Below, piece by piece: positions 18,857-28,535 of a stretch of DNA of 64,000 nt (position 1 is the stretch's first letter; each line of letters begins with the position of its first letter). The position numbers and the translations under genes are program-made. Below the pieces are notes generated by a model, which saw only the letters and a program-made list of their open reading frames with translations, ran no database searches and was not told the origin of the DNA. The stretch spans positions 12,722-76,721 of the forward strand of contig CALMYJ010000004.1 in the NCBI GenBank assembly GCA_937873715.1, in the 5' to 3' direction. Origin of the DNA: an uncultured Chitinophagaceae bacterium. Lineage in GTDB: Bacteria; Bacteroidota; Bacteroidia; Chitinophagales; Chitinophagaceae.

Positions 18857-19918
18857 ATGAAAAAAATCATCCCTTTTCTGTTCATACTTCTATCCGTTTT
18901 CAGCATTTCCTGTACAAAAAAAACAAAACTGTTTACAGCCGATGATGAACGCTTTGCCTATATGGGCCGGATAGATTTTTCAGAAAAAGCAAAGCCAAAA
19001 ATGTGGGCCAGCGCTGCACAGGTGAGTTTTGTATTTGACGGTTCCGACTGCTCTGCCATCATTACCGATGAGCAACTGTATGGCAATTATCACAATTATC
19101 TCAACATTATTGTAGATGGTGTGGTGCAGCGCATTAAGCTAAAGCAAAAAACAGATACGCTGCAAATTGCTAAAGGGCTTGCCAGGGGCACACATACCGT
19201 GGTAATTGCCAAAAGTACCGAGGCGGGTATTGGCTATATACAGTTTGAAGGTGTGCTTTGCCAAAAGCTGTTGCCGGCACCAAAGGCTGCTACACGAAAA
19301 ATTGAAAGTTACGGCGATTCTATTACCAGTGCTATGGCTGCAGATACAGTGGATATACCCTGCGACAATGGCGAATGGTACGACCAGACCAATGGTTACA
19401 TGAGTTATGCTGCTATAACCGGAAGGCAACTTGATGCACAGTACCATTTGGTATCTGCATCAGGCATTGGGCTTATACGTAGCTGCTGTAATATGGATAT
19501 ACTGATGCCACAGGTATACGATAAAATAAGTGTACGAGACAATAAAATTGAATGGGATTTTAAAAAATACCAGCCCGATGTGGTAACCATCTGCCTGGGG
19601 CAAAACGACGGGGTGCAGGACTCTACTGCTTTTTGCAGCGCTTATGTACAATTTATTCAAACGCTTCGGCGCCATTATCCGCATACCGCTATTATCTGCC
19701 TCAGCAGCCCGATGGCCGATGCCACTTTACTGGCCGCACAAAAAAAGTATCTCAGCGGTGTGCAGCAATACCTGCATACAACAGGCGATACAGCAGTGCA
19801 TACTTTTATTTTTTCGAAACAATATATTGGTGGTTGTGGCTATCACCCTACGGTGCAGGAACAACAAATGATTGCGGCTGAACTTACGCCTTATATCAGG
19901 AGCGTAAAGGGCTGGTAG
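18857..19918 (+). CDS. CE2-like SGNH/GDSL carbohydrate esterase lipoprotein
   Basis: Lipobox ISC; N-terminal beta domain (YMGRID, KSTEA), GDSITS, GIG, LGQND, GYHP. Confidence 0.82.
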   Translation: MKKIIPFLFILLSVFSISCTKKTKLFTADDERFAYMGRIDFSEKAKPKMWASAAQVSFVFDGSDCSAIITDEQLYGNYHNYLNIIVDGVVQRIKLKQKTDTLQIAKGLARGTHTVVIAKSTEAGIGYIQFEGVLCQKLLPAPKAATRKIESYGDSITSAMAADTVDIPCDNGEWYDQTNGYMSYAAITGRQLDAQYHLVSASGIGLIRSCCNMDILMPQVYDKISVRDNKIEWDFKKYQPDVVTICLGQNDGVQDSTAFCSAYVQFIQTLRRHYPHTAIICLSSPMADATLLAAQKKYLSGVQQYLHTTGDTAVHTFIFSKQYIGGCGYHPTVQEQQMIAAELTPYIRSVKGW

Positions 19919-19921
19919 TGC

Positions 19922-20800
19922 TTATATAAAAATCCTGGTTCCCGAATAACTTTCTCTGAACTCTTTGGGTGTGCATCCTTTTTTCTTTTTAAAAATACGG
20001 TTGAAATTAGAGAGGTTGTTAAAGCCGCAACTGTAAGCGACTTCCGAAATGGAGTGTGTGGTATCAATCAGCATACGGGAGGCATTGCCAAGCCTTATTT
20101 CGTTCAGGCTGTCGATAAACGTAATGCTTGTACGATTTTTGAAAAACCGGCTGAACGACACTTCCGACATATTTACCAGTTTCGACACTTCGTTTAAAGT
20201 GATCTGTTTGTCAAAATTGTTGTTCATGTATTCATAGGCTTTTTCAATACGGCGGCTGTTGTAGCTAAAGTGTTCGTTGCCATTAAAAGATGAGTCAGAG
20301 AGGATACGCATATTCCTTGAAGTAGAGAGGTCGTGGAGGATAGACATAAGTTCCAGTACAGAATCGAAACCATGTTTTTGGTTAAGGTTGATGATTCTGT
20401 CCTGCAACTGCAGGGCGGTTTCTTTAGAAAACAAAATGCCACGGATGGATTTTTCAAACATCGTTTTAATAAAACTGAGTTGATTGCGGCGCAAAAATTT
20501 TTCATCAAACAAATCTTTGTGAAACTGTAAGGTTAGCTCCCTGATATTTTTGCTTTTGCATTTGTGTGTAAACCAGGCATGCTGCAGGTTTGAGCCTACA
20601 AGCACCAGTTCTATATCATCTATTTCGCCGAGGTGATCACCTACTATACGCCTTGCCCCTTTTGCATTCAGGATAAAATTTAGCTCCAGTTCTTCGTGGC
20701 TGTGCAAGGGAAAATCAAACTCAGATTTTGTACGGGAAAATATGGTAAAGCAGTCGCCGCTGGTAAGTGGCGTAATTTCTCTAAGAATACTTTCTTTCAT
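19922..20800 (-). CDS. AraC family transcriptional regulator
   Basis: Cupin FPLHSHEELEL; C-terminal SEVAYSCGFNNLSNFNRIFKKKKGCTPKEFR. Confidence 0.95.
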   Translation of the reverse strand: MKESILREITPLTSGDCFTIFSRTKSEFDFPLHSHEELELNFILNAKGARRIVGDHLGEIDDIELVLVGSNLQHAWFTHKCKSKNIRELTLQFHKDLFDEKFLRRNQLSFIKTMFEKSIRGILFSKETALQLQDRIINLNQKHGFDSVLELMSILHDLSTSRNMRILSDSSFNGNEHFSYNSRRIEKAYEYMNNNFDKQITLNEVSKLVNMSEVSFSRFFKNRTSITFIDSLNEIRLGNASRMLIDTTHSISEVAYSCGFNNLSNFNRIFKKKKGCTPKEFRESYSGTRIFI

Positions 20801-20827
20801 TGCAAGCGTATTATATCAGGATAAAGG

Positions 20828-20963
20828 TAAAAAAGTATTAGTACAATTTTATGCTGCTTATTATAGTGCCCGGAACTTATTATCTATAAGATGTGCAGGT
20901 GTGCAGAAGCCTTATCCTGTGCATACAGGAATAAAATACTATTACTTGATAAAATAGTATTAC
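20828..20963. promoter_or_regulatory. Divergent araC/susC control region with three TAAAAnAnTATTA copies
   Basis: taaaaaagtatta at 20828, taaaatactatta at 20932, taaaatagtatta at 20950; susC -7 element TAatTTTG at 20985-20992. Confidence 0.65.
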
Positions 20964-21011
20964 AACAACATCATGCAATCGGTATAATTTTGAACAAAAC
21001 TTACTTGCTAT

Positions 21012-24000
21012 ATGAGATACAAAAGACTTCTGCGGACAGTCGTATTGTACTGTTCACTATTATTTTCCCCAGCAATTTTATTGGCACAAGACAAATCAAT
21101 TACCGGATCCATAAAGGATGCTGCCGGTAAGCCGTTGCCCGGTGCTACAGTAACGGTTAAGGGTAGCCCCAAAATTTCCACAGTTGCTGAAGCCGACGGA
21201 AACTTTAAGCTTAATGTGCCCGCTGCGGCACGGGTGCTGCTGGTTTCTTATGTTGGTTATGTTACTAAGGAATTACCCATTGGTAACAAATCCAGTTTAA
21301 GTGTTGTACTACAGGTAGACAATTCCAGCCTTGAAGAAGTGGTGGTAATTGGATACGGTACTCAAAAACGGGGCGATGTAAACGGTGCAATATCCTCTGT
21401 TACAGCAAAAGAAATTGCCAACATACCGCAACCAACAGTAGACCAGATGCTGCAGGGCAGGGCTGCCGGCGTTACAGTTACGGCCAATTCCGGTCAGCCG
21501 GGTTCGGCTATCTCGGTACGTATCCGGGGTATCACCCGTTTTGGCAGCTCGGAGCCACTCTATGTAATAGATGGTGTACTTATAGATGGTAATGCGCCAT
21601 CGCAGGCATCCTCTAACCACCCGGTTTTTGGTGGCCTTTCGCCTGTTACACAGGAACAAAAACCCAGTGTGCTGGCCAGTATCAACCCTAATGATATTGA
21701 ATCTATCGATGTATTAAAAGATGCCTCCGCATCAGCCATTTATGGTAGCCGTGCTGCTAATGGTGTGGTAATAATCACAACAAAAAAAGGTAAGGCTGGT
21801 GATGCACGCCTAAATTATGATGCTTATGTGGGCTTCCAGGAACAGCCAAGGTTTATGGATATGATGAACCTGGGCCAATATGCTGCATTTCAAAATAAAC
21901 TTTCTGACTTATTTAATACCACGCCTCGTTTTGAATTTGCCGATCCCAGCAAACTGGGCCCGGGTACCAACTGGCAGGATGCGGTGTTTCGCAGGGCCAT
22001 GCAGCAAAGCCACACCCTTTCTATATCAGGCGCTAATGCTAAAACCGATTACTATATATCGGGTGGTTATTTTAAACAGGAGGGTACCATCATCGGCTCA
22101 AAGTTCGACAGGATATCCCTGCACACTTCGGTGAACTCACAGGCTAAAGACTGGCTGAAAGTAGGTACAAGCCTTACTGCCAACCGCAATAATACCAGTA
22201 CCGTGCTGGGCAATAACTACGGTATAGTGTGGAGTGCTTTATTACAAGCACCCGACGTACCTATTTATAATGCAGATGGCAGCTTTGCCGGGCCTGCACT
22301 CGACCCCGGCGGACAGCCCATGGGGCTAAGGGATAATCCCCTTCAGCGGGCTATGACGGTAACCAATACACTGGAACGCAGCAATATCCAGGGCAGGGTA
22401 TATGGCGATATAAAGTTGTTTAAACATTTTACCCTTCATTCAGAATTGAACGGCAGCTTTAACTGGGGACAGGGAAAAATATTTAACCCTACTTATTCCG
22501 TTGGTGCTCCTGGCCTGCCGCCTGCCCAATCGGTAACCATAGCTACCCTGCTGCAAAATAATACACACGACAGCTACTGGGGATGGGTACAACATTTGAA
22601 TTATAATAACACTTTTGGCGATAAGCATAATGTGTTTGCACAAATTGGCCGTGAAGTATGGCTTTCTGAATATGGAGGTATTACTGCCAGTACCAGTGGC
22701 TTTACGGCAGGCAATACCATACAAACACTTAACCTCGGTACACAGGCCAATAACCTGCTGGATGAGCCCAAGGGAAGCACTTCGATGGAATCGTATATGG
22801 CACGCCTTATTTATACCTTCGATAACAGGTATAGCATAACCGCTACTGTACGCAGAGACCGTTCGTCTAACTTTGCCGAAGGTCGGCAGGTAGGCTACTT
22901 TCCCGGTGTTGCAGCTTCGTGGAAAGTTTCAGAAGAAAAATTTATGGAAGGGCTGAACCGCTCTGTCAGCAACCTTAAAGTAAGAGTAGGCTATGGCACC
23001 ACCGGTAACTCAAGCATTCCGCAGTACAGTTATGGCTCGGCTATATTTCCTGTAAATACAGGGCTGGGCACTGGCTTCAGGGTTGGCAACTTCAGCAACC
23101 CCGACCTTACCTGGGAAACAGCCATACAACAAAACCTGGGTATCGATTTTGGTTTGCTCAACAACCGCATCAGCGTAACCTTTGATATTTATAAGAAAAA
23201 TTCCAAAAACTTTTTATTTCAACAGCCACTGCCTTCTTTCCTGAGTGGCGGTACTGCCGAATATTCCAACGTAGCAGTGGTGCAGCCACCATGGGTTAAT
23301 GCAGGCGAAATTGAAAACAAAGGATTTGAATTTACCATCAATACCCGTAATATAAATCGTAAAGATTTTACCTGGAATTCCACCCTCATTTTTTCAAGGT
23401 ATAAAAACAGGGTGGTTTCACTCAATGGATTCCCTGAATTGAATGGTGTAATCTCTACCGGCTTTGGCCCACAGGTATTTGCTACAAAAACAGCACCGGG
23501 CGGAGCCATTGGCGACTTTTACGGGTACAGGGTGCAAGGCATTATCAGTACACAAAAAGACCTGGAAAACCTAATACTTAGCCCACAAAATGTATTGGGC
23601 TTTCCGCAAACGGTTAGCAGCGACAGGTCCTTAAATTCAGCCATCTACCTGGGTGATATTTTATATGCTGGCAACAATGGTGGACTGCCCAATACACAGT
23701 ATTACCTGGGCAGCCCCAACCCAGATTTTACCTATAGCATTACCAATAATTTTACCTACAAAAATTTCGATTTGTCCATATTCTTAAATGGATCGTATGG
23801 GGGTAAAATTTTGAATGCACTCAACTTTCAGGCAATGGGTATGTATGGTTTATACCTGAACCAGAGGGCTGAAGCTGCTGATTTTTGGACACCTCAAAAC
23901 CCCAACTCAACCATACCGGCACCAAGGGCCGGATGGGGCAACAATAACCTGGTGATGTCCGACAGGTTTTTAGAAAGTGCCTCTTACCTGCGGATACAAA

Positions 24001-24224
24001 ATGTTCGTTTCGGGTACAGCCTTCCGGCAAAATGGGCAAGTAAGGCGAAACTACGCCAGCTAAAACTGTACTTCAGCGGCCAAAACCTGCATGTGTTTAC
24101 CAAGTACAGCGGGTTAGATCCTGAAGTAGGTTCGCTTAACCAGAATCCTATTTTGTCTAACATAGATTATGGCAGGTATCCCACGCCACGCACAATTACT
24201 TTTGGTATCAATGCTGAATTTTAA
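21012..24224 (+). CDS. susC: SusC-like TonB-dependent transporter
   Basis: CarboxypepD-like N-terminus, LEEVVVIGYG, DASASAIYGSRAANGVVIITTK, WET, YPTPRTITFGINAEF. Confidence 0.97.
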   Translation: MRYKRLLRTVVLYCSLLFSPAILLAQDKSITGSIKDAAGKPLPGATVTVKGSPKISTVAEADGNFKLNVPAAARVLLVSYVGYVTKELPIGNKSSLSVVLQVDNSSLEEVVVIGYGTQKRGDVNGAISSVTAKEIANIPQPTVDQMLQGRAAGVTVTANSGQPGSAISVRIRGITRFGSSEPLYVIDGVLIDGNAPSQASSNHPVFGGLSPVTQEQKPSVLASINPNDIESIDVLKDASASAIYGSRAANGVVIITTKKGKAGDARLNYDAYVGFQEQPRFMDMMNLGQYAAFQNKLSDLFNTTPRFEFADPSKLGPGTNWQDAVFRRAMQQSHTLSISGANAKTDYYISGGYFKQEGTIIGSKFDRISLHTSVNSQAKDWLKVGTSLTANRNNTSTVLGNNYGIVWSALLQAPDVPIYNADGSFAGPALDPGGQPMGLRDNPLQRAMTVTNTLERSNIQGRVYGDIKLFKHFTLHSELNGSFNWGQGKIFNPTYSVGAPGLPPAQSVTIATLLQNNTHDSYWGWVQHLNYNNTFGDKHNVFAQIGREVWLSEYGGITASTSGFTAGNTIQTLNLGTQANNLLDEPKGSTSMESYMARLIYTFDNRYSITATVRRDRSSNFAEGRQVGYFPGVAASWKVSEEKFMEGLNRSVSNLKVRVGYGTTGNSSIPQYSYGSAIFPVNTGLGTGFRVGNFSNPDLTWETAIQQNLGIDFGLLNNRISVTFDIYKKNSKNFLFQQPLPSFLSGGTAEYSNVAVVQPPWVNAGEIENKGFEFTINTRNINRKDFTWNSTLIFSRYKNRVVSLNGFPELNGVISTGFGPQVFATKTAPGGAIGDFYGYRVQGIISTQKDLENLILSPQNVLGFPQTVSSDRSLNSAIYLGDILYAGNNGGLPNTQYYLGSPNPDFTYSITNNFTYKNFDLSIFLNGSYGGKILNALNFQAMGMYGLYLNQRAEAADFWTPQNPNSTIPAPRAGWGNNNLVMSDRFLESASYLRIQNVRFGYSLPAKWASKAKLRQLKLYFSGQNLHVFTKYSGLDPEVGSLNQNPILSNIDYGRYPTPRTITFGINAEF

Positions 24225-24250
24225 ACTATTCATCACCTAAGTAAACAAAA

Positions 24251-25948
24251 ATGACAATGCAACTAAGATATATATTAAGCATAGCAGTGCTGATAGCAGC
24301 AACTACTACAAGCTGTAAAAAAGATTTCTTTAACCGTCCGCCCGAAAATGCGGCTACGGTAGGTAGTTATTACCAAACGGCCGACCAGGTGCGGTCCAGT
24401 ACCAACATCCTATATGCCGCCCCATGGTTTGGTTTCAATGGTAAGGCATTCCTCGGTATTTGCGAACTGCAGGCAGGTAATGCCATGTGCTATGCCGGCT
24501 CCGACGGCTCCTTTGATGCTTTTGGCGCTTTTGAAGCAGGCAATGCCACACAAGCTGTTCAAAGTGCATGGAACTCACTGTATACAGTTGTAGCACAGTC
24601 CAACGCATTAATAAACAATTTACCCGGAGCAGCATCAAGCGTGCCTGCTGTGGAAGTAAATAATGCCCTCGGCGAAGCCCGGCTCATGAGGGGCCTTGCC
24701 TATTTTTATCTTACCCGGCTTTTTGGAAATGTACCCATTATTACCGACCCTGCGCCCTATGTAGGTTCATTTAGTTCGGTGCGTACCAACCTTGTAGATG
24801 ATGTATACAAGTTTATAAAACTAGACCTGCAATTTGCAGAAGCCAATTGCAAACCCGGCGTAGCGGGCACAGGGCATGTATCGAGCGCCTCGGCAGCAGG
24901 CCTGCTGGCAAAAGTGTACCTGTACCAGCAGCAATATGATAGTGCAAGGATACAGGCCGAAAAAGTAATTAACAGCGGCGAGTTTGCGCTGGTGGGCCTG
25001 GATGCACCGGGTGCCTATGTAAATATGTTTGAAAGAACAGGCAACAATAATAAAGAATCTATGATAGCCCTGCAATGGACATCCAATGGCGGTTATGGGT
25101 TTGGCAACCAGCACCAGTCGGTAATTGCACCCAATACAGATATTACCGGTACCGGCGATGGATGGGGTCAATTAGGGCCAACACTCGATTTACAAAATGC
25201 TTATGCCGCTGCTGGTGATGTGGTACGCCGGCATGGATCTATTATGACAGCCTACGATTTTTACCCTCAAATCCACAGCAGTGCCGGCGGGTATTATATA
25301 TGCCGCATTGATACCACGTTTAATGGTAAAACATACCGGGCTGTTAATGCACAGGGTTCAGGTGCCGGGATGAAAAAGTATGTGGTGGGCACCCCGGCAG
25401 ATAATAGTGGGTTCAGCGCCTTCCAGGCCACTTCAACCAACACTTACCTGCTGCGTTTTGCCGATATGTATTTAATAGCAGCCGAGGCTATCCTGGGCAA
25501 AGCGGCCGGGGTGGCACCGGGCACCGGTATTCCGCTTACGGCAACCAGTACCGATGGTGTAGCGCTTGGTTACATTAATAAAGTACGCCAAAGAGCAGGT
25601 ATACCACCTTTGGGTAGTTTTAGCTATGCACAGTTGCTCAACGAAAGAAGGCTGGAGTTTGCCATAGAAGGCGACTACTGGTACGATTTACAAAGGATAG
25701 ACGGGTACCAGCCCAATGTTAATACAGGCAATAATCCCAAACATGGCAATCACCCGGTTGCGATAAGCATCATTAATAACCAGGACAGGCGCACCGTTAG
25801 TGTAGATGGCGCCACAGGCCTTATTAACGGTTACAATCCCGGACGAAGCTTTACTTTAACTAATGCCAAATTCCTGTTGCCATATCCTGCCACAGAAATT
25901 GCTGCAGCGCCCGCCCTGATGGAAGACCCTGTACCATACCAATTTTAA
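24251..25948 (+). CDS. susD: SusD/RagB family lipoprotein
   Basis: Lipobox TSC; GEARLMRGLAYFYL, LAKVYL, LRFADMYL..AEA, ERRLEFAIEG..W.D. Confidence 0.95.
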   Translation: MTMQLRYILSIAVLIAATTTSCKKDFFNRPPENAATVGSYYQTADQVRSSTNILYAAPWFGFNGKAFLGICELQAGNAMCYAGSDGSFDAFGAFEAGNATQAVQSAWNSLYTVVAQSNALINNLPGAASSVPAVEVNNALGEARLMRGLAYFYLTRLFGNVPIITDPAPYVGSFSSVRTNLVDDVYKFIKLDLQFAEANCKPGVAGTGHVSSASAAGLLAKVYLYQQQYDSARIQAEKVINSGEFALVGLDAPGAYVNMFERTGNNNKESMIALQWTSNGGYGFGNQHQSVIAPNTDITGTGDGWGQLGPTLDLQNAYAAAGDVVRRHGSIMTAYDFYPQIHSSAGGYYICRIDTTFNGKTYRAVNAQGSGAGMKKYVVGTPADNSGFSAFQATSTNTYLLRFADMYLIAAEAILGKAAGVAPGTGIPLTATSTDGVALGYINKVRQRAGIPPLGSFSYAQLLNERRLEFAIEGDYWYDLQRIDGYQPNVNTGNNPKHGNHPVAISIINNQDRRTVSVDGATGLINGYNPGRSFTLTNAKFLLPYPATEIAAAPALMEDPVPYQF

Positions 25949-25967
25949 AGATTATAAATAAGCCAAT

Positions 25968-27239
25968 ATGAATAAGAAAATATTTCAACCTGTTCATCTT
26001 TGCCGGATAACGATACTCGTTAGTTTAATTGCTATGGTATCCTGCAAAAAATATGACTATCTCGGTTTTACACCGGGAACAGGAACGCCAACCATTTCAT
26101 CTGTTCATACCTATTTGAAAACAGATACCACTACAAGGTATGATACGCTGTACAGCTACGATGCTGCAGGCAACCTTGTTACAGCCCTTAGGGAAAAGCA
26201 GGATTCCCCTTATCCCTTCGATTCGGTTACAACTTCGGGTAACCTTGGTGGTTATTATGTTATTTATGGTACCAACCTGGGTAATGCTACCAGTATAACT
26301 TTTAATGGTTACCCTGCTTATTTTAACAGGGCACTCATAACCGATAAATCGATAGTAGTACAGGTGCCTGCAAAAACACCTTATTTTGGCAGCCTGGCTA
26401 CTGATAGCCTGGTGGTACACACATTGAACGGCCGTGCTCATTTTATGTTTAAAATTTTATCCCCTCCACCTACTGTTGCCAGTTATTCCAACTATAATTT
26501 TTCTCCCTCCCTTGCTTCGGCATCTCAAATAACCCTGCAGGGTGTGGGTTTTGTAAATGTAACTGCAGCAACACTTAAAGGCCCGGGAGGTGTAACAGGC
26601 ACTACAACCATTGTTAGCCAAAACGATTCTGTACTCACCCTTAAGTTTGATGCCACAGCTGCCACAAGAGGTGTATTGGAATTTACCTACAATGATGGTG
26701 GTACACCCAGAACTATATCTGCAACGCAGGAACTGGTGAACCTTGATAACACCGAGCCGATATTTTTAGACGATCCGGGGCCGGGTTGGGGCAGTTGGTC
26801 CTGGGGGCCATCCGGTACCAGCACAGCACAGGTTAAAACTGGTACTGCCTCTTATGCCACCCTGTTTGGTGGTAATAGCTGGTGGGTAAATGGGTTTAGA
26901 AATGGTGGGGGCGGAGCCGGTGATGGTATAGTGTATTCTGCCGATTACAGGTTTCTGTCTTTTTGGGTACATGGCGGCACTGCAGACCAAACCGCATATA
27001 TCGAGTTTGGTAACGAAGGGTTCTCTAATAGTAATGTCAATAATGTGGGTAATCCTTTTACTATACCGGCAGGCAAATGGACCTACATTAAAATACCCAT
27101 TGCCGATTTAAAATGGAATACAACCGCTACCGGCTGGTCGGCACATAGTTCCGAAAGATTAAATACCGTAGCATTCTTTATGTACCAGAATACATCAGAT
27201 CAGCAATTGTATATTGATGACCTGGTATTGATAAAGTAA
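25968..27239 (+). CDS. Surface glycan-binding lipoprotein (IPT/TIG + CBM-like C-terminus)
   Basis: Lipobox VSC; G.Y.IYGTNL...SITFN IPT pattern; Trp-rich C-terminal domain (WGSWSW, LSFWVHGG); position after susD. Confidence 0.75.
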   Translation: MNKKIFQPVHLCRITILVSLIAMVSCKKYDYLGFTPGTGTPTISSVHTYLKTDTTTRYDTLYSYDAAGNLVTALREKQDSPYPFDSVTTSGNLGGYYVIYGTNLGNATSITFNGYPAYFNRALITDKSIVVQVPAKTPYFGSLATDSLVVHTLNGRAHFMFKILSPPPTVASYSNYNFSPSLASASQITLQGVGFVNVTAATLKGPGGVTGTTTIVSQNDSVLTLKFDATAATRGVLEFTYNDGGTPRTISATQELVNLDNTEPIFLDDPGPGWGSWSWGPSGTSTAQVKTGTASYATLFGGNSWWVNGFRNGGGGAGDGIVYSADYRFLSFWVHGGTADQTAYIEFGNEGFSNSNVNNVGNPFTIPAGKWTYIKIPIADLKWNTTATGWSAHSSERLNTVAFFMYQNTSDQQLYIDDLVLIK

Positions 27240-27250
27240 AAATTGAACCA

Positions 27251-28414
27251 TTGTTATACAGGGCGGTTTTTGTAAGGGTTTGCTGTTTTTTTGCACTTGT
27301 TGCAACAGGCTGTAAAGATGCTGCAGTAGCAGCGCAGGGCCCATCAGATACAGCAGCTACTCAACAAACCGCCCTCTTATATGCCAACTTAAAAACATTA
27401 GCGCAAAAGGGGTTTATGATTGGCCACCAGGATGCGCTGGCTTATGGCGTACACTGGCGTTACGAAGAAGGGAGAAGCGATATAAAAGATGTTACCGGCG
27501 ATTATCCGGCCGTGTATGGTTGGGATATTGGTGGTATAGAAAAGGAAGGCAACAGCAAAAACCTGGATGCTGTACCTTTTGATAAAATGAAAAGCTTTAT
27601 TGAGGCAGCGTACAACCGTGGTGCGGTAAATACCATTAGCTGGCATGTGGTAAGCCCCTTAGGCGCCGGTAAAACAGCCTGGGATACTACAAAAGGCGCA
27701 GTGGCTACCATACTCCCCGCTGGCAGCAATCACACATTATATAAGCAGTGGTTGAATAAAGTAGCCGACTTTATCAGCAGCCTGAAAGGCAAAAACGGCG
27801 AGCCTGTTCCTGTATTGTTTCGTCCATTTCATGAGCATACCGGTAGCTGGTTTTGGTGGGGTAAAGATTTTTGTACGCCGGAAGAATACAAAGCTTTATG
27901 GCGATTTACCGTGCAGTATTTACAACAGGAAAAAAAACTGCATAACCTGCTGTATGTTTTTAATACCTCGGGTGATATTGTTACCGAAGCAGATTTTTTG
28001 GAACGGTACCCTGGCGATGATGTGGTAGATATGTTGAGTATTGATACTTACCAGTACGACGATCCGCAACAGGGCAATACTTTTATAACGAAAACAAATG
28101 CAGCACTAACACTGGTGAATGATATAGCCATCAAAAAAAATAAATTACTGGCCCTTGCCGAAACAGGATATGAGGCTATTCCTTACGAAGCCTGGTGGAC
28201 AAAAACCCTGTTGCCGGCTGTAGGGGCTAATAAAATTTCTTATGTACTGCTATGGCGTAATCACGGGTATAATGAGTGGATGAAAAAAATGCATTACTAT
28301 GCGCCATACAAAGGGCAGGTATCCGCAGCAGATTTTATTAAATTTTTTAACCTGCCCCAAACCTTATTTGAAAAACAAGCGGCAGCAGCAAACCTGTACC
28401 AATTGAACAACTGA
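27251..28414 (+). CDS. GH26 beta-mannanase (lipoprotein)
   Basis: GHQD, FRPFHEHTGSWFWWG (acid/base Glu), LALAETG (nucleophile Glu), YVLLWRN; TTG start. Confidence 0.93.
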   Translation: MLYRAVFVRVCCFFALVATGCKDAAVAAQGPSDTAATQQTALLYANLKTLAQKGFMIGHQDALAYGVHWRYEEGRSDIKDVTGDYPAVYGWDIGGIEKEGNSKNLDAVPFDKMKSFIEAAYNRGAVNTISWHVVSPLGAGKTAWDTTKGAVATILPAGSNHTLYKQWLNKVADFISSLKGKNGEPVPVLFRPFHEHTGSWFWWGKDFCTPEEYKALWRFTVQYLQQEKKLHNLLYVFNTSGDIVTEADFLERYPGDDVVDMLSIDTYQYDDPQQGNTFITKTNAALTLVNDIAIKKNKLLALAETGYEAIPYEAWWTKTLLPAVGANKISYVLLWRNHGYNEWMKKMHYYAPYKGQVSAADFIKFFNLPQTLFEKQAAAANLYQLNN

Positions 28415-28432
28415 TTTTTTCTCATGGGCGGG

Positions 28433-28493
28433 CAATACAAGGGCACATAAGCCTGGTGCTTCTTCACCGGGCTGCCATGTGCCCGGGGTATTG
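28433..28493. other. Long GC-rich intra-operon stem-loop between GH26 and the symporter
   Basis: caatac/gtattg, gggcacat/atgtgccc, gcctggtg/caccgggc nested stems; no U-tract. Confidence 0.7.
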
Positions 28494-28535
28494 ATGGCTT
28501 TGTGTACTGCAATGAAATAAATGCCTTAAACCACA

